NCBI GenBank assembly: GCA_964016885.1
Contig: OZ024750.1
Location: 23,560,001-23,624,000 of the forward strand
Reading direction: 5' to 3'
Length of the DNA: 64,000 bases
Source: Eledone cirrhosa
Taxonomy: Eukaryota
Part shown: positions 12,296 to 33,001 of the stretch, in pieces
How the letters are laid out: every line of letters starts with the position of its first letter
How positions within the stretch are numbered: position 1 is the first letter of the stretch
Notes under the pieces: generated by a model
Databases searched by the model: none
What the model saw: only the letters and a program-made list of their open reading frames with translations
What the model was told of the DNA's origin: nothing
Translations under genes and position numbers: made by a program

Positions 12296-12398
12296 TTGGG
12301 GAAATAAAATGCTCTTAAAATACTTCTTGTTGTTGATTATGTAAAAATATTTATTTAACATGTTTAAATAAACAATGACAATTTTATATTTCTAACAG

Positions 12399-12668
12399 GT
12401 TAAAAATCTTCAAAACACAGCGGCTGAAATATTAGAGTCAGCAAAATCTGACTCTAAACTCATAATTCAAACAATGAACGCCAACGCCAGTTTTATTGTG
12501 GAGAGAGCTCGAATTAAAGGCCTGAAAGACCTCTACAAAACCTTGAATCTAACTGATGTGAAACAACGAAATAAGTTTGATTATATTCGGTCATTACAAA
12601 AAGTGAACGACTTACACCTAGCAATTGGTTATAGTCAACTTATTGCAGGCTCATTCCCAAAGAATTAA
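12399..12668 (+). CDS. SPFH/band-7-like protein, terminal exon
   Basis: AACAG acceptor; Ala-rich helix VKNLQNTAAEILESAKSDSKLIIQTMNANASFIVERARIKGL...FDYIRSL...; TAA stop. The family call is from recalled motif resemblance, not a search. Confidence 0.8.
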   Translation, partial: VKNLQNTAAEILESAKSDSKLIIQTMNANASFIVERARIKGLKDLYKTLNLTDVKQRNKFDYIRSLQKVNDLHLAIGYSQLIAGSFPKN

Positions 12669-12827
12669 GATTCCCTTATGTTTATCATATCACTGCTTTA
12701 TCATAAACTAATTTATTTAGATTTGTGTCCTTATCTTGGTTGTTATAGTTAGAAGCTGGTTAAGCTTGCAGGAGGCTCTTCACTATAGCCAATTCAGATC
12801 CCTACCCTTAATCTACCGTTGGTATAA

Positions 12828-20476
<7,649 letters not shown>

Positions 20477-20567
20477 ATACTCCAGTCCTACAAACTGTAG
20501 AGTGCTTCTTATCCGATATCTGCATTGCTTTATTGTACTACAATAAAACTCACCTCCTACATATATG

Positions 20568-20598
<31 letters not shown>

Positions 20599-20647
20599 AT
20601 ATATATATATGTATATATATGTATGTATATATGTATATATATGTATG

Positions 20648-20736
<89 letters not shown>

Positions 20737-22960
20737 GTGTGTGTATATATATATATATATATGTGTGTGTATATATATATATATATATGTGTGTATATAT
20801 ATATATATGTGTGTATATATATATATATATGTATAGATATGTATATTATAAATGTATATAACCCATGCTAGCGTGGAAGATAGATGTTAATCGATGATGA
20901 TGATACATATATATATATATACATATATATACATATATATATATATATATACATACATCATATATATATATATATACATACATATATATATATACATATA
21001 TGTATGTATATATATATATATATGTATCATCATCATCATCGATTAACGTCTATCTTCCACGTTAGCATGGGTTATATACATATCTATATCATCATCATCA
21101 TCATTTTACGTCCGCTCTTCCCTGCTTGCAATATATAATATACATACATATATGTATGTATATTATATGTATATATATATATATACATATATATATATAC
21201 ATATAATATACATACATATATATACAATGTGGATATACAGAGAGAAACCTGAGAAATGTTGTGGGTGGCTGGTCAATTTAATTAGAAGCGATCATTAAAA
21301 TGCTAAGGTAACTTTCTATCGTTCTCTTTTATCTCAGTTATTTTGTTCTATTTTCTCAAATTCTTATTACCTTTGCACTTATATCTCACACGCGTTGCCC
21401 GGCTTCCAAATAACCAAACTTATTTCCTAGTTGTATTTGTATTCCATATATATATATAATCATCATCATTTTTACATCCGCTTTTCGATACTCGCATGGG
21501 CTGGACAATATATATATATATGTATGTAAAGCTGTAAGTGCGTGTGTGTATATGTATAATATATATATATATATATTGGTAACTAATTAACTAATATGAA
21601 ACTATCTCAGTTGTGGACAATGAAATGAGAACAATCTACCCTTGTGGTTTGAATAAAGGCTTTCATTAAAACTTCCAAGAACATTCCCAAATATGACAAA
21701 CACCTGAAGAAGGCCAGAGAGTACAAGTACTTAAATGTTGTGACTAAAATGAAGACATTAGTCTGAATAAGTACTGCTACCTAAAAAGCTCAAAGGTTGT
21801 GACTATAACTAAAACGAAGGCACTAGTCCAAATAAATCAGTTTATGGTTATGATAATTCCTCCTCTCAGAAATTCAGCTAAGAATTATCCTAATGCCAAA
21901 TACCTGTGGAATCTACACCAAAAATGAAATAAATAAATCAAAGAATATTTTAATTTTTTTTTTTGTGAGTTTTTATTTTTATTTTTTTTTTTTTACAAAC
22001 TCTTTTGACACCCTGATTCAAGTATAAAACTGTTTAGATTAAAGTGTTTATATTTATCTAAAAACTTTCTATCATAAAAGAATCTTTATGCTATACTCCA
22101 AACATCATCACCACCATTTAACATCTATCTTCCATGCTTGTTTGGGTTAGACAGGTTTGTGGCTAGACTGGTCATTCACTTCCATTTTGAGCTTGGTTTC
22201 TATGGCTGGATGCCAATCACTTTACATCATGCACTGAAAGAATTTTATCATGGTACCAGCACCAAGCAAGAACTTGATGAGAAAATTAGTCTTATCATTA
22301 AATCTCTACAAATTCTTAATGATTTTCAAGATAATTTAAGAATTATAAGTAGTTATCTTTCATTATAAATGATAATGAAAGGACTAAACCTTTTGCTACC
22401 AACTTGCCTATTACTATAAAATAAAACTATGCATTTTAACCCTTTAGCATTTACATTACTCTATATATACTATTGTATTTTCATGGTAAAGGCTTTATCT
22501 CACATAATATCGAATGTATGAGATTTTGAGAACAATACCTTAACATCAGTATGAGCAGTTTGAACAGAAAGAGGTGAGAGAATTCTGGCCGGATACGACC
22601 GATTTAAATGCTAAAGGGCTAAACTAGAGTAACTCTGTTATTATAAAATATAATCATCCTATTTAAATCAAAACCTTTCAAGCCAGGTACCAAATTGCCT
22701 GAACCCACTGCTGCTTCTAAGAACTGTTTGTTATATTTCTCTAAAAACTTTCCATGATAATTTATGTAAGAACCTTTATTAAGTTATATTTCTAACACCA
22801 GCTTAATAATGAGAAAGTTATTCATATTACTATGTAAATTCCTCCAAAGTCTTCAGTGTTTGAAAATCATATGCAGTGTCTAATATTAGAAATATAGTAA
22901 CAAAAAGGTTAACTTTTAGCTAATATAAAAAGGTTAAACAACAAAAGTTTTTGTAAAATC

Positions 22961-23367
22961 TTAAGCAAGTGTTTTATTTTCCAAATGTAGTCTTGTGGCT
23001 TTAAAAATGTGAATATCTCGAGTTGTGTCATAAAAAAATAGGTCAGTTTTAAAATGGCATTTCAGTTGTTCCAGAAATCTGGAATCCTTTGAATATCGAA
23101 TTTTAGAAGAAAGAAGAATCACAGACTCTGGTCGGTTTGTGAAGTAGAGAAGAGTTTTTAATAAATGAGGGAATGTCTCTTCGATATAAATGATATCAGC
23201 GCCAACAATGAGATCGTAATCAGGCATAAATGAATCAGAGAGGTTGCTTGTCCAATCTAGTTCCCTTGCTTGTAAAGAGATCTGACCACAAACAGCAGTA
23301 TTGGCATTGACATTTCTACAGAGATTTGCTATGGCTGATTGTCTTTCTGTCACAGTAACATCACCTC
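22961..23367 (-). CDS. METTL21A: METTL21A-like, coding exon 3 (DXXY motif; stop)
   Basis: GDVTVTE...ELDW...YDLIVGADIIYIEETFPHLLKTL...KIRY; the three exons total 732 nt = 243 aa plus stop. Confidence 0.93.
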
Positions 23368-24871
23368 CTGAAAGAAATAGAAAATAGAATTTATTATAAT
23401 TTATAATGAGGTATTGTGAAATATATGGTTAGGATTGTTTCGGGAAAGCTGGTAAAATGGTAGTCAGAAATGCAGGAGTGAAAACGAGTAAGAAAAACAA
23501 AACAATTTATACTTTTAGCATATATTTCATGATATTTCAAGGTTAGGACTCCTTTTTCAACAATCCAAACAAAACATCCACACTCTATTTCCTTTCTTTG
23601 AACAGAACGAAACAAAATAACACAACAACAACAACAATAATAATGATGATAATAATTTCTTTTATTGGCCACAAGGGCACAAGGCACAAGGACAAAAACA
23701 AAATGGGGTTTACATTGAATGAAAGAAAAGAGACATCAGTAAAGAGAAAATTATCACCAGTGCATTACTGGTACTTTATTTTATCGAGCCTCGTAAGGAT
23801 GAAAGGCAAAGTTAACCTCAGCGGGATTCGAACGCAGATCATAAAGGGAGGTAACTCTATGCTTCAAAGCATGGCGTCCGACCCTCTACCTATACTGCCA
23901 AAATAATAATAATACGTGGTCACTTGAAATAATTGGGTAAAGTACACCTAATTATCACAGTAGTTCATGATTGTGAGAGGTTTAGTGATATATAGCTAAC
24001 TCTCAATATAATAATTGTTTCTACTTTAATCACAAGGCCAGCAATTATCCCAGTGCATTACTGGTACTTTATTTTATCGACCCCGTAAGGATGAAAAGTA
24101 AAGTTAACCATGGTAGGATTTGAACTCAGAATGTAAAAGGCCATAACTCTATGCTGCAAAGCATGGTGTCTGATGTTCTACTGATACTGCCAATCCACGG
24201 CTTAAATAGAAATAATAATAAAAGAATTTGTAATAAATATACATAAAAACAGAATGTCAACAAGGACCAGTTCCCCAATAGTTGAAGGAACTGCACTTTA
24301 GGGGAATTCTAGGGAGAACCCCACACAAAACCACGGGTTACTCTGTTGCCTCATGGGTAAATGAAAATGCCCTCTCCCTGTTTTCTTCCTCCTACTTATA
24401 ACACACATAACCCTATCAGTGAAGTCCTTTAGTATAGGTCAACTAACAGAAAATTGTATTACAGTTACGAAAAAAATTCTAAATAAGCCTACAAGGTAAA
24501 AATTAAAAACAGTCATCGCGGGCCACTCTGACAGGTCTGGCAGGCCAGATTGTGCCACCTGTTGCACGCCTCTGCTGTAGAACTTGTGTTGAGCTGTTAA
24601 TGCCCTTCTGTAACACAGCCGTACAAAGGATTTTTGAAAATTGTCCATAATCTGGACCGAGACCTTTGGCGGTACTAATAGAGAAGACCCGCCTTACCTA
24701 AATACAAAGTAAAAACCTACTACAGTCAGTAGGCATCTCTATCAAAACACACCCCCGTCCCACCACCTCCACCCCACCCACACCGCCCCTTTCAATGTAA
24801 AGTTATGTTGGTCCCACAACATCCAGGCCGAAACAAATGAGATCGTGTAGGTGTCACGACAAAAAACACAC

Positions 24872-25660
24872 AGTCCACGCTGTAAATGTGGCCGTGTAGG
24901 CAACACGGTAAAAACCTCCCAGCCCCACACTGTAAATGTGGTTGGTGTTAGGAAGGGCATCCAACTGTAGAAAACCCGCCAGACAGTCCACGCTGTAATG
25001 TGGCCGTGTAGGCAACACGGTAAAAACCTCCCAGCCCCACACTGTAAATGTGGTTGGTGTTAGGAAGGGCATCCAGCTGTAGAAAACCCGCCAGACAGTC
25101 CACGCTGTAATGTGGCCGTGTAGGCAACACGGTAAAAACCTCCCAGCCCCACACTGTAAATGTGGTTGGTGTTAGGAAGGGCATCCAGCTGTAGAAAACC
25201 CGCCAGACAGTCCACGCTGTAATGTGGCCGTGTAGGCAACACGGTAAAAACCTCCCAGCCCCACACTGTAAATGTGGTTGGTGTTAGGAAGGGCATCCAA
25301 CTGTAGAAAACCCGCCAGACAGTCCACGCTGTAATGTGGCCGTGTAGGCAACACGGTAAAAACCTCCCAGCCCCACACTGTAAATGTGGTTGGTGTTAGG
25401 AAGGGCATCCAGCTGTAGAAAACCCGCCAGACAGTCCACGCTGTAATGTGGCCGTGTAGGCAACACGGTAAAAACCTCCCAGCCCCACACTGTAAATGTG
25501 GTTGGTGTTAGGAAGGGCATCCAGCTGTAGAAAACCCGCCAGACAGTCCACGCTGTAATGTGGCCGTGTAGGCAACACGGTAAAAACCTCCCAGCCCCAC
25601 ACTGTAAATGTGGTTGGTGTTAGGAAGGGCATCCAGCTGTAGAAAACCCGCCAGACAGTC
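24872..25660 (+). repeat. 112-bp tandem repeat, 7 copies, inside a (GAT)n-tailed retroposon
   Basis: Units start at 24872, 24985, 25097, 25209, 25321, 25433, 25545; tail aaacccatgcaagcgtggaac...gatgatgat at ~25711-25768. Confidence 0.95.
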
Positions 25661-25799
25661 CTATGCGAGCAAGACAACCACTCTTGCCTCAAGTGGGAAA
25701 ACCCCCGTCCAAACCCATGCAAGCGTGGAACACGGACGCTAAACCTGATGATGATGATGATGATGATGAATCTCCAATCTGAAAGTCCTCCAAAAGAGT

Positions 25800-26500
25800 C
25801 TGTTCAGACTGTCCTCATCAACTCCCAGAGACTATCCCAGGCCATTGTCACTCATACTTACAACTAACCATCTATAGAATGCAAGTGTTGTTTTCTAGCC
25901 ACCTATCATATTGTTCAGTTGGTAAAGTGCTGTGAGCAGCTGGCAGCATTCTAGATGCCAGTCGCCCAACTTTGGTCTGCACTTGACCCAGGACTGTAGT
26001 TCAGTCAAGGTTACAAGCTGTGGAAAGACATGTCGCATGAAAGGCGGTCACACTGGTTGGACTTCACTTTCATTATCATAATCATAGTAGCCACCATGAA
26101 GTGGATGTTGGTAGCAGATAGATTTTCTGACCAGTGGGACTTGCCCCTTCCACAAAGAGTGGAAGAGCATGCATTCTAATTTGGTCAGGTGTTTTGGGGG
26201 ATCATGGTACGATAGTCAAGCAGTAAATACCACTGAAGTGAAGTATGTGTTTGCTACCTCTGCTCAACCTTTGAGGGACAGCTTTCTCTCTGCCCACTTC
26301 TTTGCAATTGGCTACCTTTGCCATAACCTCCTCACAATTCTTGTCTATCTGGAGGTCCACTCCAAGTATTTTAACAGGGCCGTCGGCAGATATTTCCAAG
26401 AAAGTGATGTCATCTACATAGACAGACACAGCTCTCCTGTGACCAGGTTCAAGCAGAATTCCTCCAAGTTCCATTCTCTGCAGCAAGATATAATGGAAAC
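25800..26500 (-). mobile_element. Degraded L1/Tx1-like LINE reverse-transcriptase relic
   Basis: VSVYVDDITF (YADD-like) followed by VKILGV; heavily deleted and frameshifted. Confidence 0.55.
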
Positions 26501-27150
26501 ATCACATATTCTTGATAGAGTGTGTAGGCTTCTTGTTCACTGTGTCAGACTGCCATTACTATCCTGTCTCTCTTTCCTGTTGATATATAGGATATGGCTT
26601 CCCATATTTCTCTCAGGCATGTCTCTACCTATAATGGATCAGAGTATTCCAATCTCCTATTTCTCCTGTGGATCTATTTAAATTCGATGGCTTTTCTGAT
26701 GGTGTCACTAACTTCTTTTTTAGGCAACACCATCACGCCAGGTCAAATTATATTGTTTTTATATTTCTTAATCCACTCACTCTTTCTTTCAAGGGACTTT
26801 TCTGTCAAACCGTCAGTTACTGTGGCGAAAGAGAGGTTACTTTTTGCCGCTGTGCTAGTATTGTTGTAGTAGGTGATGGTGGAAGCTCTGTGGTTGTCAT
26901 GTGTTTTTACTTTTGGACTTGTTGCTCTTTTTATTGTTGTTTTCATCATTGGGCTGGTTATCTTCAATAATAAAAGTAATAATAGTTGTTTCTACTTTCA
27001 GTAGAAGACCAGCAATTTGGGGGAAAGAGAAAGTCGATTATATCAACCCCCATACTTGACTGGTACATTTATTTTATCACGAAGGATGAAAGGCAAAGTT
27101 GACCTCAGCAGGATTTGTACTAAAAATGTAAAGAGCAGGAATAAATACTA

Positions 27151-27393
<243 letters not shown>

Positions 27394-28131
27394 TTAAATA
27401 TTATAGTAGCAGTTAGACAATAGTTCATTCATAAGAAGGGATGGTGCCTTGGTATTTTGTGTCCTAAGCTAGCCCTGCAATCTACATCTCATTCATCGAA
27501 TTATGCACCTCATTCTCCCAAATAAAATAATTTCAACTTACAGTTTGGGAAGCTGACAAACTTAGTTTCTGAGACTTCTTGTTCTGATCACACTAAGAAA
27601 ATTACTAAACCTGCTTTTTCCACTACACAGTCCACATGCACTCATGATAAATCTTATTATTTCGCTATACGCTGTATGGCACTCTGCATTGCTTCGGACA
27701 TTTTCACCACTCTTCTACGATTTATTTACTGATCACAAAAAGAGGGTGGCATCGGACCTGCCCATCAACTTTGTTTCCCCTTAATGATGCGCGATACATT
27801 TTCACAGGTGTAGAATACGATTATTACCCTTTTACCTATTCCAGCCATCCGGCTAAGGCCATGATGTTGATAAATTGCATAGGGTCACTTCCTGAAAATT
27901 TTATTAGGACCCTAGCATATTACTTATGGTAGCATAAAATATATTTGGGGTCCTAGCTAGCTCCCTGATTAGATCCACCATTGAGTTAGAGAGAGAGAAG
28001 TTATTAGTTAAACGACTAAGACCATTATTCAATTTGGCATTCTATACATATGTGAATGTAGGCGTGTGTATATATGTGTAGTGAGAATTTAGTCAAAACA
28101 AGTAAATAAAAGGTTTAATAGTGTTATAAAG

Positions 28132-28355
28132 CAACGGTCGCCAACCGGTGATATAAGAGAAAATTTTGGTGGTTCGCAGAAAAATTTGGACATTATTTGC
28201 AATTTTTATGTTTTATTAATAATAAAACGAATGGAAGTTCTCTGATCATTATTTCACAAATGTTTTTTTTTTTTTTTTAATTCACATTAGTGGTCCGCGA
28301 GATTTAAAATTATGAATTTAGAGGCCCGTGAGGTCCGAAAGGTTGGCGATCGCAG
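28132..28355. mobile_element. hAT-type MITE
   Basis: Imperfect TIRs CAACGGTCGCCAACC / GGTTGGCGATCGCAG; perfect 8-bp TSD TTATAAAG (28124-28131, 28356-28363). Confidence 0.85.
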
Positions 28356-28382
28356 TTATAAAGAATATAAACATATACATAC

Positions 28383-28595
28383 AGAATCCCAGACAACGGC
28401 AGCAACTCCTAATTGGTCCCATTGTTGGTATATAGTGATTTGTTGTCCAGCAAACTGGAAACTACGTGTGGGTGTCTTAAACTGTTGGAATGGAGTATTG
28501 TTGTTATCTTGATAAAGAACCACAGCTTGAGATGTGGAACATTTTGGCTGAACATCAGCGGATGTCGACGCCGTGTTGTTGGTATAAACTTCCAT
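28383..28595 (-). CDS. METTL21A: Protein N-lysine methyltransferase METTL21A-like, coding exon 1
   Basis: ATG at 28595; ...FQFAGQQITIYQQWDQLGVAAVVWDS matches the METTL21A motif LGVAAVVWDA; GTATGT donor; 213 nt. Confidence 0.9.
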
Positions 28596-29226
28596 GTTGA
28601 CATCAAAGGAAAAAATGCCTTAAGATATTTGTTCTGACTCTGAGTTCAAATCTCACCGATGTGAACTTTGCCTTTCATCCTTTCGAGGTCGACAATATAA
28701 CGTACCATTTAACTGCTAAATTTGATTTAATCGACTTTCTTCTCTCTTCCAAATGTCTAGCTTTGTGCTTATGCTGGAAACAATTATTATTATTCTATAT
28801 ATTTAGAGGCAAAATCCTATAAATTATCAGTTTGTTTTGGTAATTTTTCGATTTAAGATCATAGACAATTTCGACAATCTCCGCTAAAAGTGATCGACAA
28901 CATTCGGAAATAATTGTAAATGAAATTAGTGATGAAAATAAAGTGAACGTTATTTGGTTTATCTGTTTAAATAATACATTCCAACTGATTTATTATGACA
29001 GAAAATTATTATCGAAGAAAATCAATGAAATCGAGTGGTTTAATGCGTGGTGATATGGAAACAAATCGAAAATAAATCGATTACGCTAAACGTAAATAAA
29101 CATAAATAAGTTGCAAATACGTGTATTATCCCAAAGGGAAAAACCAAGTTTTGCATCAACGTGGTGCTTTCAAAGTTTATTTATTTACACATGGTGGTGA
29201 TACGGAAATAAACGAAGGTTGACGAT

Positions 29227-29245
29227 TGACGTCATATTGACGTCA
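29227..29245. promoter_or_regulatory. Two perfect CRE palindromes (TGACGTCA at 29227-29234 and 29238-29245) in the putative METTL21A promoter
   Basis: Exact motifs in a locally CpG-richer, apparently repeat-free stretch ~630 bp upstream of the ATG; CCAAT near 29272 and TTGCATCA at 29151. Confidence 0.55.
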
Positions 29246-29879
29246 CATTCTTCTACTTTCACTTCTGACAGCCAATTCCGTTGTAGTGTCGTTTATATAA
29301 ATGAAATATAGTAGCGAAAATGAATAAAATTGAATAATTTAAAATCAAAGAAAATTCGTAAAAATTCAATTAAATCAATAATAATGTCTAATACATTAAT
29401 CAAAACATCCGGTACGGTGGATTTATTTCCACTTCAATATAAGAGGTTTATACTATAAATTATAGGATATTGCCTTACTACAATGTAACTGACATCTCAC
29501 AGTTAATCAAATAACGGCCTGATGGCTAACTACATTTTGTCTAGACCCTAATTCAGTACACATACTTCTGATCAAAAATTCATTCGAGCGATGACCATCC
29601 CATTTTTTTTCTCGGTAATTGTATGACTTGGACTGCATTATCCAATAACATGTCTTTCCTCTAAATGCAGTTTCAGATGGATTTGTTAGCTATTTTTAGC
29701 AGGTCGATCGACGAAAAAGGGGAATAACACGAAATGAAGATGGGGTTACCTCCCTTTGTAATGTATGTTTATATACTGTTGTTTTATCGTAGGTAAGTAC
29801 TAAATTGAGTTCCCCTTTTTTGTATAACAGACTACAAAATCCAGTGTTCTTTTTTTTTTAAGGTAATAAGATGGTGACG

Positions 29880-30330
29880 AAATGTTTTGGCATTCGTGCC
29901 GTTCCTTACCTATAGTCATCAACCTTTGGTAATGACAGAAAGAATACAATCGCGAATACAAGCGGCCGAAATGGGTTTCCTCTGAATAGTTTTGGGATAA
30001 CGTAAATTCGATAGAATGCGTAGCTCGAAAATCAAAGAGTCGCTCCGAGTACAGCCGCCATTTCTCCGAATTGAGGTATCACACTTTCGATATTACGGGC
30101 ATATGGTTAGAATGTCTCGCAAAAATCGCTGAGCAAATTCTATGAACAAAATCAACCCTAAGGAGTCCCAGGGGTAGACCCCGAGCAAGATGGTTGGATA
30201 ACATCCATGAGGTGCGCTGATCTCGTTTGAAGCTCTAGTCGGATCGATTGGAGACGGTTGCTTCTGACAGGACTTGTTGGAAGGAGTGCTTGAGGACTCT
30301 TCCCCCACGACCCTCCCAGGAATAAGCGGA
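29880..30330 (+). mobile_element. Degraded RTE LINE 3' fragment
   Basis: YYGHMVRM...RGRPRARWLDNI motif with stops. Confidence 0.65.
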
Positions 30331-30971
30331 CGGAGAAGAGGCTGGTATTTTTTGGTATATTTTTAGCAGGTTGTGGTTAGTTTCAATATTAAACGACTGT
30401 CCTTCTGCCGATATATTTGAAACTATGTGAATTATGTGCCAAAAGCGTGGAATGAGGCATTGGAATGTGAATGGAATGAACTTCCATCGGTTTCGGGGGT
30501 GAATGTTCCAGTTGTTTGGTCAATGTGGTGAAATAAATATACAAATGGCTGGGCATTCCACGCATTTTACCGACACGTGTACGGTTAGCGTAATTCTCGG
30601 GAAGATTCAAAGTTACACAGTGTATGACAAGGCTGATACTTTGAGTTAAAGGAACAGCCAAGCTGACGGGCTTCCACACATATTCTGTCTACCTGGGGCG
30701 CTGATAAAAGACACTCGCTCAAGAAGCCACAGTGGGATCGAACTTGGGGGGTTCAATGATTAAAAAGTATTTGTTTTAAAGAGTCTGCATTTATTTAAAA
30801 AAAACAACCTTCCATTATAATTTATGCAAGAATCTTTGCTAAGTTATATTCTAAACACCAGCTTAATAATGAGAATGTTAATTGTATTGTTAAATCTCTC
30901 CAAATTATTTATTATTTTCAAAATTATTTGAAAATCATAGGTAGAATATTTTTGGGAAACAAAAGTGTTAA

Positions 30972-31200
30972 CCCCTTAGCATTTAAACTAGCCTTACTTA
31001 GCAAGAATTCTCTCACCTCTTTCTGTTCAAACCGGTCATGACTGGCTGTAACCGACCACTCATACTGATGTTAAGGTATTGTTCTCAAAATAAATAATAT
31101 CAAAATCTCAGATTCGATATTATGTGATATAATTATGAGGGATAAAGCCTCTACTATGAAAATATAATAGTAAATATAGAGTAATGTAAATGCTAAAGGG
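30972..31200 (+). mobile_element. piggyBac-type MITE family A, representative full copy (~230 bp)
   Basis: TTAA flanks; TIRs CCC(T/C)TTAGCATTTA / TAAATGCTAAAGGG. Other copies at ~580-793, 1134-1707, 3065-3267, 3272-3489, 3773-3981, 4628-4847, 6295-6492, 8773-8992, 22440-22618, 31738-31929, 33787-33958, 38794-39001, 51552-51744, 59970-60188, 63878-64000. Confidence 0.85.
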
Positions 31201-31300
31201 TTAAGAAATGTCATTTCCTTAAAGACATAGAAGAAAATTACCATTGTAGCTTAATTATGTCAAAATACAACTAATTAACAGAAATTAGAACACAAATATA

Positions 31301-32341
31301 CCATATATACTCAAATATAAACCGAGAAATATGTGACCAGAAAAATAGATGGTAAATTGGGGGGGGGGGGGGGGGCTTATATTCGGGGGTCAATATTTCG
31401 ACGATTTTCACCAACTTCAAATTCTACATCAATAAAGTGCTAAAATATCTGGAGTGATTATTTCACAATGAAACACTGTCTACATTTACTATATCGTCAT
31501 CAGTTTTCTTTATGCATTACTTTGAGAACATTTCTACAAAGTTTTATTATTTGAACTTTTTAGTATATAGATATCCCCTACACATAAGTGCATACATGCA
31601 TGCACATGCGTACATACAGTGCGCCAACTGTTTTTCTCTGTGACTTACATAATTATACCTTTTCTTTCAATCTTGTTTTTATTTCACTCACTCTCTCTCC
31701 TTTCTGTATAATTGTAAAAATCTACCTAAAGCTTTAACCCTTTAGCATTTAAACCGGCTGTATCTGGCCAGAATTCTCTCACCTCTTTCTGTTCAAACCG
31801 GCTACTCAAGTTAAGGTATTGTTCTCAAAATAAATAATATCAAAATCTCATAGATTCAATATTATGTGAAATAAAGTATTTACCATGAAAATACAATAGT
31901 AAATATAGAGTAATGTAAATGCTAAAGGGTTAATACTTGTATGACATTAGATTGTCTCCAAATTTTTCACAGTATGCATTTCATTCGATGCGTAAATTAA
32001 ATAAAAATTTGTTACATTCAGGAGATGGTGCTATTGTCTGCTTGAGAAAAAAGCAAAATGCACCCAGCATTTGAGTGACTGAAAGTAAACAAGAACTTGA
32101 AACTTTATAAAACGGATAAAATAGTAAAAAAAAGTAATTACTTAGTAAATTTGTGAAACAAAAACTATACTCTAAACGACACCTCAAACGTTTTAAATAT
32201 TAAAATTTGTAAATATTTTCTCCACTCATGAGAATTTCAAAACAACGCCATAATGTGTTGATTAGCTGTCTCAGCTTGTAAACGGGGCTTGGGTTTTTGT
32301 CCATAAAATGGTGGGGGTGACTTATATTCGAGTATATATGG
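31301..32341. mobile_element. Tc1/mariner-superfamily (Tc2-like) non-autonomous element with a nested MITE A
   Basis: TA-flanked termini CCATATATACTCAAATATAA / TTATATTCGAGTATATATGG; related copy at ~34246-34713; smaller similar element at ~11021-11187. Confidence 0.6.
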
Positions 32342-32739
32342 TAAATTGGAAGTATTCATTTAAATGAACCAGGCTGAAACATTTCATTTTCAAGACAACT
32401 TTTTTATTCTGTACTGAACATACTTCACCTTCTTATAATAGCAATTCTAATCCACATTTCAGGCCCCATAGGGGAGTGGGTGTGGTCAAGAACAATAGCA
32501 AGCTCAGCAAATTTTAACCTGCGTAGAAGTGGTCAGGAATAATAGCAAGCTCAGAATGCTAATCCAAATTATAGGTCCCCTAGGGTGGAGTGAGGGTCAG
32601 ACATTTCCAATCCAGAAGCAATAGCAAACTTTGCCAGTTCTAACCAACATTATATGCTCTGATAGGATTAAGAACAGCAGCAGGATCAGGAATAGTAGAA
32701 GGATTATCTAGTTGTAGATCAAATTACAAGCCCTGAGAT

Positions 32740-33001
32740 CAGAGGCGTAACTAGGGTATGGTAAGCATAGCACGCGCCATGGGCGTCACTTGGACTAGGA
32801 GCACATTCTATTAAAGTCAAATAAGCCTCATGAAAAAAGAAACTCCTTCAAATGTATGATCTGTCTTTGATTATCATGGGTGAGAACACTATGGTGGCTG
32901 GATCATTAAATTATTTATATAAATTATTAGGCCCATAGGTTTATACACTGCTGCAATTTCACTGCTTGCCATAGGCGCTATTTTCCCTAGTTATGCCTCT
33001 G
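32740..33001. mobile_element. hAT-type MITE (second family)
   Basis: TIRs CAGAGGCGTAACTAGGG / CCCTAGTTATGCCTCTG; 8-bp TSD CCTGAGAT / CCTGAGAG (7 of 8). Confidence 0.8.

Noticed and set aside
21695-21745. Hammerhead-like CTGAAGA-aggcc motif
   Set aside because: The GAAA and the stem II partner are missing; too degenerate to call.
24742-25722. Repeated 72-108 aa ORFs; regular spacing resembling CRISPR
   Set aside because: Pure tandem repeat with no unique spacers, in eukaryotic intronic DNA.
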